A DNA stretch of 53,654 bases, from contig CANHBJ010000002.1 in assembly GCA_947459075.1 (NCBI GenBank), forward strand, positions 1-53,654, read 5' to 3'. The DNA is from Bacteroidota bacterium. GTDB lineage: Bacteria > Bacteroidota > Bacteroidia > UKL13-3. Shown here in pieces: positions 6,793-17,975 of the stretch (positions are counted from its first letter, which is position 1; the number at the start of each line of letters is the position of its first letter). The notes under the pieces were generated by a model. It did no database searches and had not been told where the DNA came from. It worked only from the letters and a program-made list of their open reading frames with translations. The position numbers and the translations under genes are program-made.

Positions 6793-9700
6793 TTGAAAAA
6801 AGGCATACGTTTATATTGGTTTTTATTTATTGCAGGCTGCTTAGCTCTTGTTGGGCTTGGCGTATATGAGCAGCTACAAATCAAAAATGTAGATAATCAA
6901 ATACAACAAGGTTACGAGAAAACACAGCGTATTATACGTGCAAAAGAACTTGGTTTTGTTGAGCTTATTCAAAACGAGTTGGTTATGGACTCGTCTAACC
7001 TACAACGTAATTGGAGTAGCTTAAACAAGCTTTTAAAAAAAGAGCAGTGTAATTTGTTTATTACACAAAACGATACCCTAAAGTATTGGAGTGATAATGA
7101 AATAAATATTAAACAAGTTAAGTTTAAAGATAATAGTTACCACAACTTTATAAAAGCACCCAATGGTTGGTATTTGGTTTATAAACAAAATAGAGGAACA
7201 TATACATACGTTTTTACCTATTTAGTAAAACATAACTTTGCATACAAAAACCAATACCTACAAAATAAATTTAGCGATGCGCTTAGTTTTTTAGAAGACG
7301 CCATTGTTATTAAAACAAAAATAAACGAAAAGTACACTGATATTTTTTCTATTGATGGTAAGTACTTGTTTTCGATACAAATATTTGCCGTAAGAGAATC
7401 AACTAGCACTTGGTTATTTATAACCATGTTGATATTACTGCTGTATTGCATTTCTCTTATTCATGTATTGGTGAGGTACTATATACGTATTTACCCGCTT
7501 TTAACTAGTGTGGTATTTTTTGGTGTATTTATATGGATACGTTCGGCAAGTACTTTATATAACATACCACATTTTATATACGACATCAAATTATTTAATG
7601 CGGGTATTTATGCTTCTTCTGTTTGGTTCCCTTCACTAGGAGATTTATTGGTTGACTCTGGAATTATTTTATGGTATTTTATATTACTTGAGAATAGAAA
7701 AAATCACAATAGGATTAAACATGCTAAAGGTACTATTTGGCCAATTATTGGTTATGGCATTTTATGTGTGTTTGCCTCAGATGCAGTATATAGTGCCATT
7801 AAAAGTTTAACCATCGACTCTCAAATATCGTTTGATATTACCCAAATATACTCCATAAATATATTTACTTATTTTGCTATTACCGTTTGCATATTGCAAT
7901 TATTGGTGGTGTATTTTATTAGCAGAAATTTTACGCGAGCCATCAAAAAACATGAAGGAAAGCGAATTTGGATTTGGTTAATTGTAGTTTGCATTGCACT
8001 GTTATATTTAGTAATAGCCAATAAATTTTTTGAACATGATATTTTCAGATATTGGTCAGTACTCACATTGGCATCAGTATTTATTGTATTTAAATTATTT
8101 ACGCCTAAACTTAATCGTTTTCAGCAATACTTTATTGTAATTGTTATTATATCTAGTTACAGTGCATTAAGCATATGGCATTGGCATAATGTGCGCGAGC
8201 GCGATAACAGAAAACTATTTGCAGTAAAACAAATATCCCAAAACGATATCACCAACGACTATTTCTTGCGTGGTATTGATAGAAAGATAAAACGAGACAA
8301 TTACATCAAAATATATTTCGAGAGTCCGTTTATTATTAAATCACAATTTGAAAAACGCATTCGTCAATTATACTTTACTGGATACTTAAGTAAATTTGAT
8401 GTACAGTTACTAGATTATGACTCATCTGGAAATCACTTTAAAGAACGTAATGAATTAAGTTACTATCAAGCCAATAAACTTTACAATCAACAACGTTTAG
8501 AATCTTTTGCAGAATCGTTTAGGTACATGCAAAACAGTGGCGATATAAAAGGCTATATTGGTAAATTTATTATAAGGGATGGCAAAAAAAGAATTGGGTA
8601 TTTATTTGTTATTCTTAAACCCAAATTAATACAAAACGAAAATAGGTTTGACGAAATTTTAGTTGAAGGTAACACTGCAAACAGAACAAAAAATAACGAA
8701 TATTCTTACGCGGTTTATAAAGATAAAAAACTAGTTTATCAAAGTGGAGATTACGCTTACAGCATCATCAACACATGGGGCGAAACCGATAATAAATTTA
8801 AATTTTTTGATGAAAACAATTATAGTCACTTATTATTTACAGATGCACAACCATTAACCGTAGTGGTAAGTAAACCTGCTAATAACTTAAGCCAAGTTAT
8901 TGGTTTGTTCTCGTTTATTTTTACCTGTTGTACAGTGGTATTAATTATGGTACTGGTGCTGTTTATTTTCTTAAATGCACAAGCGCTAAAACGCTCTTCG
9001 CTTACCAATAACAACATTATTTCTTGGCTTAGAAATAGTTTACTCAAATTAATGATGATGGATGCCAATCAAATTATTTTGATTAGAACACGCATTCAAA
9101 CATCTATTATCTTCATCGTTTTCACTACACTCATATTCAGTTCCTATTTTACCATACGCTTTACAATTGATAAGTATAACATGCGTCAAACCGACCGTTT
9201 GATGAAGAAGTTACGGAACATTGTTATCAATATTGAAAACGAACGTATAACCAATTTAAAAGGAAGAATTATAGAAGGCGAAACCGAAGCTTTTATCAAT
9301 CAAATTGCAGACTTTTACGATACTGACATTTCTTTGTATGATACCAAAGGCGAGGTAATAGCTTCCAGTATAAGTAAACTGTATGATGAGCAAATTGTAG
9401 GTCCTAAAATGCATCCACATGCTTATTTCCACCTGAATCATTTGCGCGAATCACAATATAGCCAAAATGAAAAAATTGGCGACTTAGTATTTCAAGCAGC
9501 TTATGCTCCTGTATTTAATTCCCGTAGCGAAGTAGTAGGTTATTTGCAACTACCTTATTTTAGTAAACAAATTGATTTATTAAGCGAAATCTCATCGGTA
9601 GTTATTGGATTTATTAATTTATACGTTTTGCTATTTATTATAATCGTAGTGATAGCATATTGGGTTTCAAGGAACATATCCTATCCGCTTACATTAATTC

Positions 9701-10521
9701 AGCAACGATTATCTAGTACTACTTTAGGGCATAGTAACGAGCCTATTTTATGGCAGCGTGATGATGAAATAGGTGAATTGGTTAAACAATACAACCGAAT
9801 GATTACAGAGCTAGATGCAAGTGCGCGTAAGCTAGCCGAAACAGAACGACAAGGTGCTTGGCGAGATATTGCAAGACAAATTGCACATGAAATTAAAAAC
9901 CCACTAACACCAATGAAACTAAGCGTACAGCACTTACAGCGAGCGTATGCTAACAATGATAATAACATCGGAGATAAAATTACTCGTACCTCGAACTTAT
10001 TAATCGCTCAAATTGATGTGCTTTCTGAATTAGCCAATGAGTTTTCATCATACGCAAAGATGCCTGCTCCCACATATGAAAACATTAAGCTAAAAGATAC
10101 TTTATCGCAACTGGTTGATTTATACTCACAGGGTAATGAGCATAAAATAAGTTTACATTGTGCCGAAAACCTAACCATATCTTTTGATGCAGGATATTTT
10201 AATCGTACCATATCAAATTTATTAAAAAACGCAATACAGGCAATGCCTGAACATGAAATTGGTGAAATACAAATTGATGTGATAAACCACAATGAAAACA
10301 TTAAAATTTTCGTTAAGGATAATGCATCTGGTATGACAGAAGAACAAGCTAAAAATGTTTTCACACCTTATTATAGCACTAAAATTAGTGGCATGGGGCT
10401 TGGTTTGCCTATTGTAAAAAATATGATAGAAAGCGGTGGTGGTAGTATCTCATTTAAAACACAATTGGAAGTGGGTACTGAATTTTGTATTACTTTACCA
10501 AAACAACAACATGTGGCATGA
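6793..10521 (+). CDS. Large multi-pass sensor histidine kinase (1242 aa)
   Basis: TTG start. Many TM segments interleaved with two long extracytoplasmic regions. C-terminal H-box RQIAHEIKNPLTPM, N-box NLLKNAIQAM and G-boxes DNASGM / GMGLGLPIV. No receiver domain and no adjacent response regulator. Confidence 0.9.
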   Translation: MKKGIRLYWFLFIAGCLALVGLGVYEQLQIKNVDNQIQQGYEKTQRIIRAKELGFVELIQNELVMDSSNLQRNWSSLNKLLKKEQCNLFITQNDTLKYWSDNEINIKQVKFKDNSYHNFIKAPNGWYLVYKQNRGTYTYVFTYLVKHNFAYKNQYLQNKFSDALSFLEDAIVIKTKINEKYTDIFSIDGKYLFSIQIFAVRESTSTWLFITMLILLLYCISLIHVLVRYYIRIYPLLTSVVFFGVFIWIRSASTLYNIPHFIYDIKLFNAGIYASSVWFPSLGDLLVDSGIILWYFILLENRKNHNRIKHAKGTIWPIIGYGILCVFASDAVYSAIKSLTIDSQISFDITQIYSINIFTYFAITVCILQLLVVYFISRNFTRAIKKHEGKRIWIWLIVVCIALLYLVIANKFFEHDIFRYWSVLTLASVFIVFKLFTPKLNRFQQYFIVIVIISSYSALSIWHWHNVRERDNRKLFAVKQISQNDITNDYFLRGIDRKIKRDNYIKIYFESPFIIKSQFEKRIRQLYFTGYLSKFDVQLLDYDSSGNHFKERNELSYYQANKLYNQQRLESFAESFRYMQNSGDIKGYIGKFIIRDGKKRIGYLFVILKPKLIQNENRFDEILVEGNTANRTKNNEYSYAVYKDKKLVYQSGDYAYSIINTWGETDNKFKFFDENNYSHLLFTDAQPLTVVVSKPANNLSQVIGLFSFIFTCCTVVLIMVLVLFIFLNAQALKRSSLTNNNIISWLRNSLLKLMMMDANQIILIRTRIQTSIIFIVFTTLIFSSYFTIRFTIDKYNMRQTDRLMKKLRNIVINIENERITNLKGRIIEGETEAFINQIADFYDTDISLYDTKGEVIASSISKLYDEQIVGPKMHPHAYFHLNHLRESQYSQNEKIGDLVFQAAYAPVFNSRSEVVGYLQLPYFSKQIDLLSEISSVVIGFINLYVLLFIIIVVIAYWVSRNISYPLTLIQQRLSSTTLGHSNEPILWQRDDEIGELVKQYNRMITELDASARKLAETERQGAWRDIARQIAHEIKNPLTPMKLSVQHLQRAYANNDNNIGDKITRTSNLLIAQIDVLSELANEFSSYAKMPAPTYENIKLKDTLSQLVDLYSQGNEHKISLHCAENLTISFDAGYFNRTISNLLKNAIQAMPEHEIGEIQIDVINHNENIKIFVKDNASGMTEEQAKNVFTPYYSTKISGMGLGLPIVKNMIESGGGSISFKTQLEVGTEFCITLPKQQHVA

Positions 10522-13500
10522 TGAAGCTCTTGTGGTTATGGGTAGTATTGGTGCTCACCATATTTGTTAGTAAAGCACAACAAAATGGAAGCTACCGTGT
10601 AAAAACAATTACGGTAAATACAGATAGTTTACTTGTTGACACCCATACTATTGTAAAGAGCAGTGTAATTATATTTACAGATAACAACAACTTATTAAAA
10701 GAGGGTATTGATTATCAAATTAATTATTTTACTGGGTATTTAAAAGTTATTCATGCCTATAAAAACAAACCCCTGGAATTAAGTTACAAAACACCCAATA
10801 TTAATTTAAAACAAGTTTACAGCAACAAATCTAGAAGCCTTCAAATACCCGAAATTAAAGGCAATCGTTATGATTTAGGATACGCCCCTAATGCTAATAA
10901 CAGAATTGACTTGTTTAAAAACGATGGGTTAAAACTGAATGGGTCGATTAGCCGTGGATTAGGTTTTGGCAACAACCAAGATATTGTATTAAATGCTAAT
11001 TTAAATTTACAAATGGCAGGTAAACTAAACAATGATATTGATGTGCTTGCCGCCATAAGTGACGATAATAACCCAATTCAACCTGAAGGAAATACGCAAC
11101 AGCTGCAAGACTTCGACCGCGTGTTTGTGCAATTAACAAAGGATAATACCACATTAACTGTAGGTGATTTTGAAATGATAAGGCCAACAGGTACTTACTT
11201 CATGAACTATTATAAAAAATCAAGAGGTGCACAATTTAACACCATGTTTGATATTGGTAAAAAAGGTAAAATAAATATTGGTGCAGATGGTGCATTAAGC
11301 AGAGGCAGATTCTCACGAAACATCATAAATGGTATTGAAGGAAACCAAGGACCTTATAGATTAAACGGAACAAATGGAGAGTTGTTTATCATAATTATAT
11401 CTGGTACAGAAGCAGTGTATTTAGATGGACAAAAATTAACCCGTGGAGAACAGAATGATTATATAATAGATTACAATACAGGAGAAATTACATTTATGCC
11501 TCGAAGGCCTATTACACAATATAGCCGTATTGTAGTTGAGTTTCAATTTGCTGATAGAAATTATGCTAGAACAGTATTTCATACCCACACTGACTTTGAA
11601 ATGCCAAAGTATAAAATCCGTGTAAACTACTTTACCGAACAAGATAATAAAGATCAACCCTTTTTACAGAGCCTTACCGATAGCAGTAAAAAAATATTGG
11701 CTAATGTTGGAGATAATATTAATGCTGCAATTATTAACAGTGAAGTAAAAGTAAGCTACGATAGTAAAAAAGTTTTATACCGAAAAATAGATACATTAAC
11801 TTATCAAGGGGTATACGTTTATGCACCAACGCAAGGTAACGATAGTGTGTTTTATGAAATGCGTTTTAGTTTGGTAGGACAAGGTTTGGGAAATTACAAA
11901 CAAATTAGTAGCAATGCCAACGGCCGTGTTTATGCTTGGGTTGAACCCATAGGCGGAACTCCGCAAGGAGATTATGAACCCGTTATTAAATTAATTAGCC
12001 CAAAACGCAGGCAAATGCTAACCGTGGGTACAGAATTAACAGCAATAAAAAATACTATTATAAAAATAGAAGCAGCTAATAGTATTAACGATATCAATAC
12101 CTTTTCTAACCAAGGTAAAGGCAACGATGCCGGGTATGGACTTAAAGCATCTATTGAAAATACCTCGAACTTGTCGTCAATTAAAAACAAGAATAAATGG
12201 ACACTAAATAGCAGTGTAAATTATGAGCATGTTAATGAGAATTTTAGGTATGTAGAACGATACCGAAATGTGGAATTTGATAGAACTTGGAATAGGCTAT
12301 TAAGTAATCAAAACAACAATATAGATACAGGGTACGAAGAAAATATAACATCAATTAAAACCGCGTTAAACCACAATAATAATTTCCAAGTTTATTATCA
12401 ATTAGGAAGTTATAACAGACAAAAACAATTTAATGGGTTACAACACCAAGCAGGAACATTTTTACTATTGGGCAAAAGTACTTTTACAGCAGAAACCGAA
12501 TGGTTAAAAACATCAAACAATACATTGGGTTTTGAAACAAGTGATGTAAGAAGGTATAAAGGAGAGGTTACAAGAAAAATATGGAAACTTACCAGCGGTT
12601 TAAATGTAGAAACTGAACAAAGTTATTTTAGGCGAAACAGCGATACATTGCTTGGTGGTAGTTATGGATATCAGCAATATGGTGCATTTATACGCAATAC
12701 AGACTCAACCAAAGTTCGCTACCATTTGGTTTACAACAAGCGCATAGATTTATTACCAAGAAATACTGAAATGGCGCAATCAACTGTTGGTCATAACTTT
12801 AATACAGGTGCAGATATCAGGCAAAAAAATGGGAATAGGTTATCTGGTAGCTTTACTTACCGCGAGTTTTTAATTAGCGATACCAATATTACTAAACTAA
12901 AACCAGAGCGTACCTTATTAGCAAGAATAGAATATGATTATGCTTTTTTAAGGCGGGTATTTGTAGCTAATACCTATTATCAAATTGGTTCGGGTCAAGA
13001 ATTAAGACGAGATTTTCAGTATGTAGAAGTATTGGTTGGACAAGGTATTTATGTTTGGAAAGATTTTAATGATGATGGTGCACAACAGCTTAACGAGTTT
13101 GTTTTAGCAGGCATTACCGATAAGCCCATGGCCAATTACATCCGTGTTTTTTTACCCACCAATTCATACATCAGCACCAACGCCAACCAGTTTAACCAAA
13201 CATTAAATATAAATCCTGCAGCGGTATGGAATGGCAAAAAAGATTTCAGAAAATTGGTGAGTAAATTGAGTAATCAATCGGCTTTAAAAATTGATAGAAA
13301 AACAACACAGATTAATACCCGAGATTTTTTGAATCCGTTTTTATTAAATGTGAATGATACCTCTTTAATATCGTTAAACGCTATATTTAGAAACACCTTA
13401 TTTATTAATCGAAGTAATCCCACTTTTGGAGCCGAAATAACATATTCAAACCAAAGAAGTAAAACGTTTTTAACAAATGGATTTGAAGCAAGAAACCGCA

Positions 13501-14021
13501 CCGAACAAGGCATTAATTTTCGTTGGAATGTGAACTCATCATGGAGTATTAATAATTCAATAAATACTGGGGTACGTATTTATACTAGTGATTTTTTTAG
13601 CGACAATAACTTTAACTACACATTTATAGAGTTTAAACCTCGCTTAAGTTATCAATTAAATACACGTTTAAGGCTTACAGCATTGTTCAGTTATTTTGAA
13701 GGAAATAATTTAGATGAATTGGGGAATCAAAATAGCAATAACCGTGAAATAGGTGCAGAGTTTAGGTACAGTTTAGTAAAACAAGGTGTAATTAATGCGA
13801 AACTTAGCTCTTATCAAATTAATTTTAATGGCGATGCCCAAAGTCAGTTAGGTTATGATATGTTACAAGGATTAGCAGTTGGACAAAATGCCGTATGGAA
13901 TATTAATTACCAACAACGCCTGGGCAGTAACTTACAAATTACCATTAACTATGATGGCAGATCCGCTGAAGCACAACGAACACTTCATATTGGCAGAATG
14001 GAGGCGAGATACTTATTTTAA
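10518..14021 (+). CDS. Predicted outer-membrane beta-barrel protein (1167 aa), family unknown
   Basis: ATG at 10518 overlaps the kinase stop (ATGA). Signal peptide MMKLLWLWVVLVLTIFVSKAQQ. Long N/Y/G/S/T-rich segments with an alternating pattern. The C-terminus ...RMEARYLF ends in Phe. Confidence 0.7.
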   Translation: MMKLLWLWVVLVLTIFVSKAQQNGSYRVKTITVNTDSLLVDTHTIVKSSVIIFTDNNNLLKEGIDYQINYFTGYLKVIHAYKNKPLELSYKTPNINLKQVYSNKSRSLQIPEIKGNRYDLGYAPNANNRIDLFKNDGLKLNGSISRGLGFGNNQDIVLNANLNLQMAGKLNNDIDVLAAISDDNNPIQPEGNTQQLQDFDRVFVQLTKDNTTLTVGDFEMIRPTGTYFMNYYKKSRGAQFNTMFDIGKKGKINIGADGALSRGRFSRNIINGIEGNQGPYRLNGTNGELFIIIISGTEAVYLDGQKLTRGEQNDYIIDYNTGEITFMPRRPITQYSRIVVEFQFADRNYARTVFHTHTDFEMPKYKIRVNYFTEQDNKDQPFLQSLTDSSKKILANVGDNINAAIINSEVKVSYDSKKVLYRKIDTLTYQGVYVYAPTQGNDSVFYEMRFSLVGQGLGNYKQISSNANGRVYAWVEPIGGTPQGDYEPVIKLISPKRRQMLTVGTELTAIKNTIIKIEAANSINDINTFSNQGKGNDAGYGLKASIENTSNLSSIKNKNKWTLNSSVNYEHVNENFRYVERYRNVEFDRTWNRLLSNQNNNIDTGYEENITSIKTALNHNNNFQVYYQLGSYNRQKQFNGLQHQAGTFLLLGKSTFTAETEWLKTSNNTLGFETSDVRRYKGEVTRKIWKLTSGLNVETEQSYFRRNSDTLLGGSYGYQQYGAFIRNTDSTKVRYHLVYNKRIDLLPRNTEMAQSTVGHNFNTGADIRQKNGNRLSGSFTYREFLISDTNITKLKPERTLLARIEYDYAFLRRVFVANTYYQIGSGQELRRDFQYVEVLVGQGIYVWKDFNDDGAQQLNEFVLAGITDKPMANYIRVFLPTNSYISTNANQFNQTLNINPAAVWNGKKDFRKLVSKLSNQSALKIDRKTTQINTRDFLNPFLLNVNDTSLISLNAIFRNTLFINRSNPTFGAEITYSNQRSKTFLTNGFEARNRTEQGINFRWNVNSSWSINNSINTGVRIYTSDFFSDNNFNYTFIEFKPRLSYQLNTRLRLTALFSYFEGNNLDELGNQNSNNREIGAEFRYSLVKQGVINAKLSSYQINFNGDAQSQLGYDMLQGLAVGQNAVWNINYQQRLGSNLQITINYDGRSAEAQRTLHIGRMEARYLF

Positions 14022-14054
14022 AAAACAAGCAACACATTTCAATCTACACAAATA

Positions 14055-14090
14055 AAAACGCCTTCATTCTATTTAGAATGAAGGCGTTTT
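14055..14090. terminator. Bidirectional rho-independent terminator
   Basis: AAAACGCCTTCATTCT / AGAATGAAGGCGTTTT forms a perfect 16-bp stem flanked by A- and T-runs, between convergent genes. Confidence 0.85.
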
Positions 14091-14112
14091 AGTAACGATT
14101 AACTTTAGAATA

Positions 14113-15501
14113 TTATAAGTGAATACACTCGCCATATGCCTGTGCTGCGGCTTCCATAATAGCTTCACTCATTGTTGGATGCGGATGTACCGATTTAATA
14201 ATTTCCATTCCAGTAGTTTCTAGCTTACGCGCAACTACAACCTCAGCAATTAATTCGGTAACGTTAGCACCTACCATATGGGCTCCTAAAAACTCGCCAT
14301 ATTTAGCATCAAATATTACTTTCACAAAACCTTCTTTAACTCCTGCAGCACTTGCTTTACCACTAGCAGAGAACGGGAATTTACCTACTTTAATTTGGTA
14401 ACCTGCTTCTTTCGCTGCTTTTTCTGTATATCCAACTGAAGCAACTTCAGGTGAGCAGTAAGTACAACCTGGTATGTTATTATAGTTTAAAGCTTCAGGA
14501 TGATGACCTGCAATTTTCTCTACACATATAATTCCTTCTGCACTTGCTACGTGGGCCAAAGCAGGACCTTTTACTATATCACCAATGGCATAAACTCCTT
14601 TAATGTTGGTTGCATAAAAATCATCAACCAATACTTTTCCTTTATCATGTTTAACACCAACAGTTTCTAAACCTAAGTTTTCTAGGTTAGTTTGAATACC
14701 TACAGCCGATAAAACAACATCAGCCTCCAATTCAATTACACCTGTTTTGGTTTTAACTTTTACTTTACAACCAGCACCACTTGTATCAACAGATTCAACA
14801 GCAGAATCAGTCATAATTTCTATGCCCGATTTCTTGAAAGATTTAGCAACTTCTTTTGATACTTCTTCGTCTTCAATAGGAAGAATAGTAGGTAAAAACT
14901 CAACAATGGTAACTTTGGTTCCCATCACATTATAGAAGTATGCAAACTCACAACCAATAGCACCACTGCCCATTACAATCATAGATTTAGGTTGTTTATC
15001 CATAACCATGGCATCGCGATAACCTAATATCTTTTTATTGTCTACTTTTACATTAGGTAACTCGCGGCTACGCGCACCTGTTGCTAAAATAATTGATTTG
15101 GCTTCATATGTTTTTTTCGCACCAGCAGCATCGGTCACTTCTACTTTTCCCGCAGAAGCCAATTTGCCAGAACCCATAAGCACATCAATTTTATTTTTCT
15201 TCATCAAAAAGGCAATACCTTTACTCATGCCATCAGCAACTCCACGGCTGCGTTTAACAACCGCATCAAAATCGTGAGCTGCATCTTTAACACTTATACC
15301 GTAATCATTTGCATGTTTAATGTACTCAAATACTTGAGCCGATTTTAATAAAGCTTTTGTTGGAATACAACCCCAGTTTAAGCAAATACCGCCTAAACTT
15401 TCGCGTTCAACAATAGCTGTTTTTAATCCTAATTGGCTAGCACGGATGGCAGCAACATAACCACCAGGTCCGCTACCTATAACTATTAAATCGTAATTCA
15501 T
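14113..15501 (-). CDS. lpdA: Dihydrolipoyl dehydrogenase
   Basis: GSGPGGYVAAIRA FAD motif, redox-active CLNWGCIPTK, and C-terminal HPHPTMSE; 462 aa. Confidence 0.95.
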   Translation of the reverse strand: MNYDLIVIGSGPGGYVAAIRASQLGLKTAIVERESLGGICLNWGCIPTKALLKSAQVFEYIKHANDYGISVKDAAHDFDAVVKRSRGVADGMSKGIAFLMKKNKIDVLMGSGKLASAGKVEVTDAAGAKKTYEAKSIILATGARSRELPNVKVDNKKILGYRDAMVMDKQPKSMIVMGSGAIGCEFAYFYNVMGTKVTIVEFLPTILPIEDEEVSKEVAKSFKKSGIEIMTDSAVESVDTSGAGCKVKVKTKTGVIELEADVVLSAVGIQTNLENLGLETVGVKHDKGKVLVDDFYATNIKGVYAIGDIVKGPALAHVASAEGIICVEKIAGHHPEALNYNNIPGCTYCSPEVASVGYTEKAAKEAGYQIKVGKFPFSASGKASAAGVKEGFVKVIFDAKYGEFLGAHMVGANVTELIAEVVVARKLETTGMEIIKSVHPHPTMSEAIMEAAAQAYGECIHL

Positions 15502-15614
15502 TGCTTTCTTAATTTGGTTGCAAAATAAATGTTTATTTTTAATTAGGTATGATTTTTTGGCCTTACCACTTCAGTAGCACTAAACAAGCTATTAAAAACA
15601 GATGATTATCCTTG

Positions 15615-17828
15615 TTAAACCAATGCTTTAACAAGCTTATTATCACCTACAATCCATAAGGTATCATTCAATTCAAACTTCATACTAGAATCTGGATTCA
15701 ATATACGCTCTCCATTCCGTTCTATACCTACAATCATTCCATTAATACATTTTCTAAAATTTGATTCCCGTATGGTTTTACCTAGATAAATAAAACCCGG
15801 ATGAACAGTGAGTTGGGTTAAGGTAACATCACCTTCAGCTTGATCAAACACTTGTGCACTGTTGGCCGTTTCGATGGTATTTTTAAAATTAAAAATTTGC
15901 TCATCAGTTCCAATTACCGTTATTTTATCAAAGGGATAGAGTTTGTCTTCTTTGTTTGGCATCATAATTTTTCTGGCACCACGTTCAATCATGGCTAAAT
16001 TAATCCCAAATTTTTCTCTAAGCATGAGTTCCTCAAGAGGTATTCCAACTAATGTACTATCTATATCAATATCAAAGTTAGCCATGTGGGCATCCCATGG
16101 AAGTAAATGCCCAAAAGGCGATTTAACATGCATGGTTTCTCTTAGGTATAAATTATCTATAAACCTTTTCTCAATTTTATTAGAGAAGGCTGTTAAACGT
16201 CTCCTGAAAAGTACAGTTACTATTACTACAACCAAAACACCAATTGTAAGCGCTGTGAAAGTTGAAAAAAGCTGGTCGAGTAAAAAACCTATTAAAAAAA
16301 CACCCAAAGCCACACGGGCAATTTCCATTCCAATTATTGGCCCACGGTTGTATCTGTTTAACCATAGTTCGGTATATGATTGGCGATTAATTTTGCGCAC
16401 AGAAAGCATATATAAAAAAGGTCCTAGAGCACTTATTGCAACAAATGTTGTAAAAACAGTTCCCCATTTACCCCAAACGGTAAAAAAGGGATCAATAAAA
16501 TTTGTAACCACTAAAATAATGGCTAAACAAATTACCCCATTAAATATAATAACTTGAAAAAATTGATTTAATACTTTTTTCCAATCACTTTCAGCATTAA
16601 TATGCTGCGCTCCAGTCGAATATTCATTTATCACTTGAAGCCATTTTGTTGGTAACACCCTATTTAAAAAATCATTTAAAGGCTCAGCAAATCTGATCAT
16701 ATATGGAGTGGTAAATGTTGTAATTACCGATACACCAACAGCAATTGGATATAGAAAATCACTGGTTACTCCCAAAGTAAGTCCAAGAGTGGCTATGATA
16801 AAACTAAACTCGCCAATTTGTGATAAGCTTGTACCTGCTTGTACACTTTGTTTTAATGGAACACCACTTATTAAAGATCCACTCGTAACAAAAAATGTTT
16901 TACCTAACATAACAATAAAAGTAAGTAATATAACAGGGCCTATGTATGTTATTAATATACCCGGATTAATAAGCATACCAACTGACACAAAAAATACAGC
17001 GCCAAATAAATCTTTAACTGATTTAACCACATGTTCTATACGTTCGGCTTGCGTTGTTTCAGCTAAAATACTACCCATAATAAAGGCGCCCAAGGCTGCG
17101 CTAAAACCAACATTAGCAGCAAACAAAACCATTCCTAAACACAATGCAATTGAAATAATTAATAAGGTTTCATCGCTTATGTGTTTACTTAATTTTTTAA
17201 GCAAACTTGGTAACAAGTATATGCCCATTAAAAACCACAACACTAAGAAAAAACCTAGCTTTAACACAGAAGCCAACATTTCACCACCCTGAAACTTTTG
17301 ACTTACTGCTAATGTAGATAGGAGCACCATCAATAAAACTGCAGCTAGATCTTCAATTACTAAAATACCTATTACTGTACCAGTAAACTTCTTTGCTTTT
17401 AATCCTAGTTCATCAAATGCTCTAAAAATAATAGTGGTTGATGATATAGCAATTATTCCGCCTAAGAAAATACTATCCATTTTACCCCAACCTAAAAATT
17501 GCCCTGCAAAATATCCCGTAATGAGCATAGCTGTTACCTCAAACAAACCTGTTATTGCTGCAGTACTCCCAACTTTTACCAACTTTTTAAAACTAAACTC
17601 TAACCCTAAGCTAAAGAGCAGGAAAATAACACCAATTTCTGCCCATATTTTAATGCTGTCCACTTCGGTTACAGTTGGAAATAAAGAAAAATTGGGACTA
17701 ACCAACAATCCCGCAATGATATATCCCAAAACTACTGGCTGGTTTAGCTTTTTAAAAATAAGCGAAACAACACCTGCAGAGAAAAGTATAAGCGCTAAAT
17801 CTGTTATTAGATGAGGGACATGTGCCAT
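15615..17828 (-). CDS. CPA2-family cation:proton antiporter with C-terminal RCK_C/TrkA-C domains
   Basis: N-terminal Kef-type Na/H-exchanger region with ~12 TM (LNQPVVLGYIIAGLLVSP), then a TM block and two soluble TrkA-C-like repeats (...ITVIGTDEQI..., ...LWIVGDNKLV). Confidence 0.85.
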   Translation of the reverse strand: MAHVPHLITDLALILFSAGVVSLIFKKLNQPVVLGYIIAGLLVSPNFSLFPTVTEVDSIKIWAEIGVIFLLFSLGLEFSFKKLVKVGSTAAITGLFEVTAMLITGYFAGQFLGWGKMDSIFLGGIIAISSTTIIFRAFDELGLKAKKFTGTVIGILVIEDLAAVLLMVLLSTLAVSQKFQGGEMLASVLKLGFFLVLWFLMGIYLLPSLLKKLSKHISDETLLIISIALCLGMVLFAANVGFSAALGAFIMGSILAETTQAERIEHVVKSVKDLFGAVFFVSVGMLINPGILITYIGPVILLTFIVMLGKTFFVTSGSLISGVPLKQSVQAGTSLSQIGEFSFIIATLGLTLGVTSDFLYPIAVGVSVITTFTTPYMIRFAEPLNDFLNRVLPTKWLQVINEYSTGAQHINAESDWKKVLNQFFQVIIFNGVICLAIILVVTNFIDPFFTVWGKWGTVFTTFVAISALGPFLYMLSVRKINRQSYTELWLNRYNRGPIIGMEIARVALGVFLIGFLLDQLFSTFTALTIGVLVVVIVTVLFRRRLTAFSNKIEKRFIDNLYLRETMHVKSPFGHLLPWDAHMANFDIDIDSTLVGIPLEELMLREKFGINLAMIERGARKIMMPNKEDKLYPFDKITVIGTDEQIFNFKNTIETANSAQVFDQAEGDVTLTQLTVHPGFIYLGKTIRESNFRKCINGMIVGIERNGERILNPDSSMKFELNDTLWIVGDNKLVKALV

Positions 17829-17946
17829 AGGTATACAATGATATTGTTGCCAAAATACTAATTAAGCCATGATATACAAAGTGATGTACTTGTTATGACA
17901 ATTATTTAACACCGATAATGCCTATATAATTTATCGCGTAAATGTT

Positions 17947-17954
17947 TACTTTTG
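17947..17954 (+). promoter_or_regulatory. Candidate Bacteroidota -7 box (TAnnTTTG)
   Basis: TACTTTTG lies 22 nt upstream of the ppiase ATG. No canonical -33 TTTG at the expected spacing. Confidence 0.25.
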
Positions 17955-17975
17955 CACACCTAAATGTAACAAGTA

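Noticed and set aside
10485-10517. Upstream start for the large outer-membrane protein
   Set aside because: The extra 11 residues lie inside the kinase gene and precede a perfect signal peptide that starts at the ATG overlapping the kinase stop.
15943-17814. Three long plus-strand ORFs (204, 194 and 126 aa) antisense to the CPA2 antiporter
   Set aside because: They mirror a strongly supported membrane-protein gene and translate to low-complexity, family-less sequence, as is usual for antisense ORFs in low-GC DNA. The same reasoning applies to 4170-4475, 10008-10364, 43918-44265, 45023-45442, 52802-53101 and the other antisense ORFs in the track.
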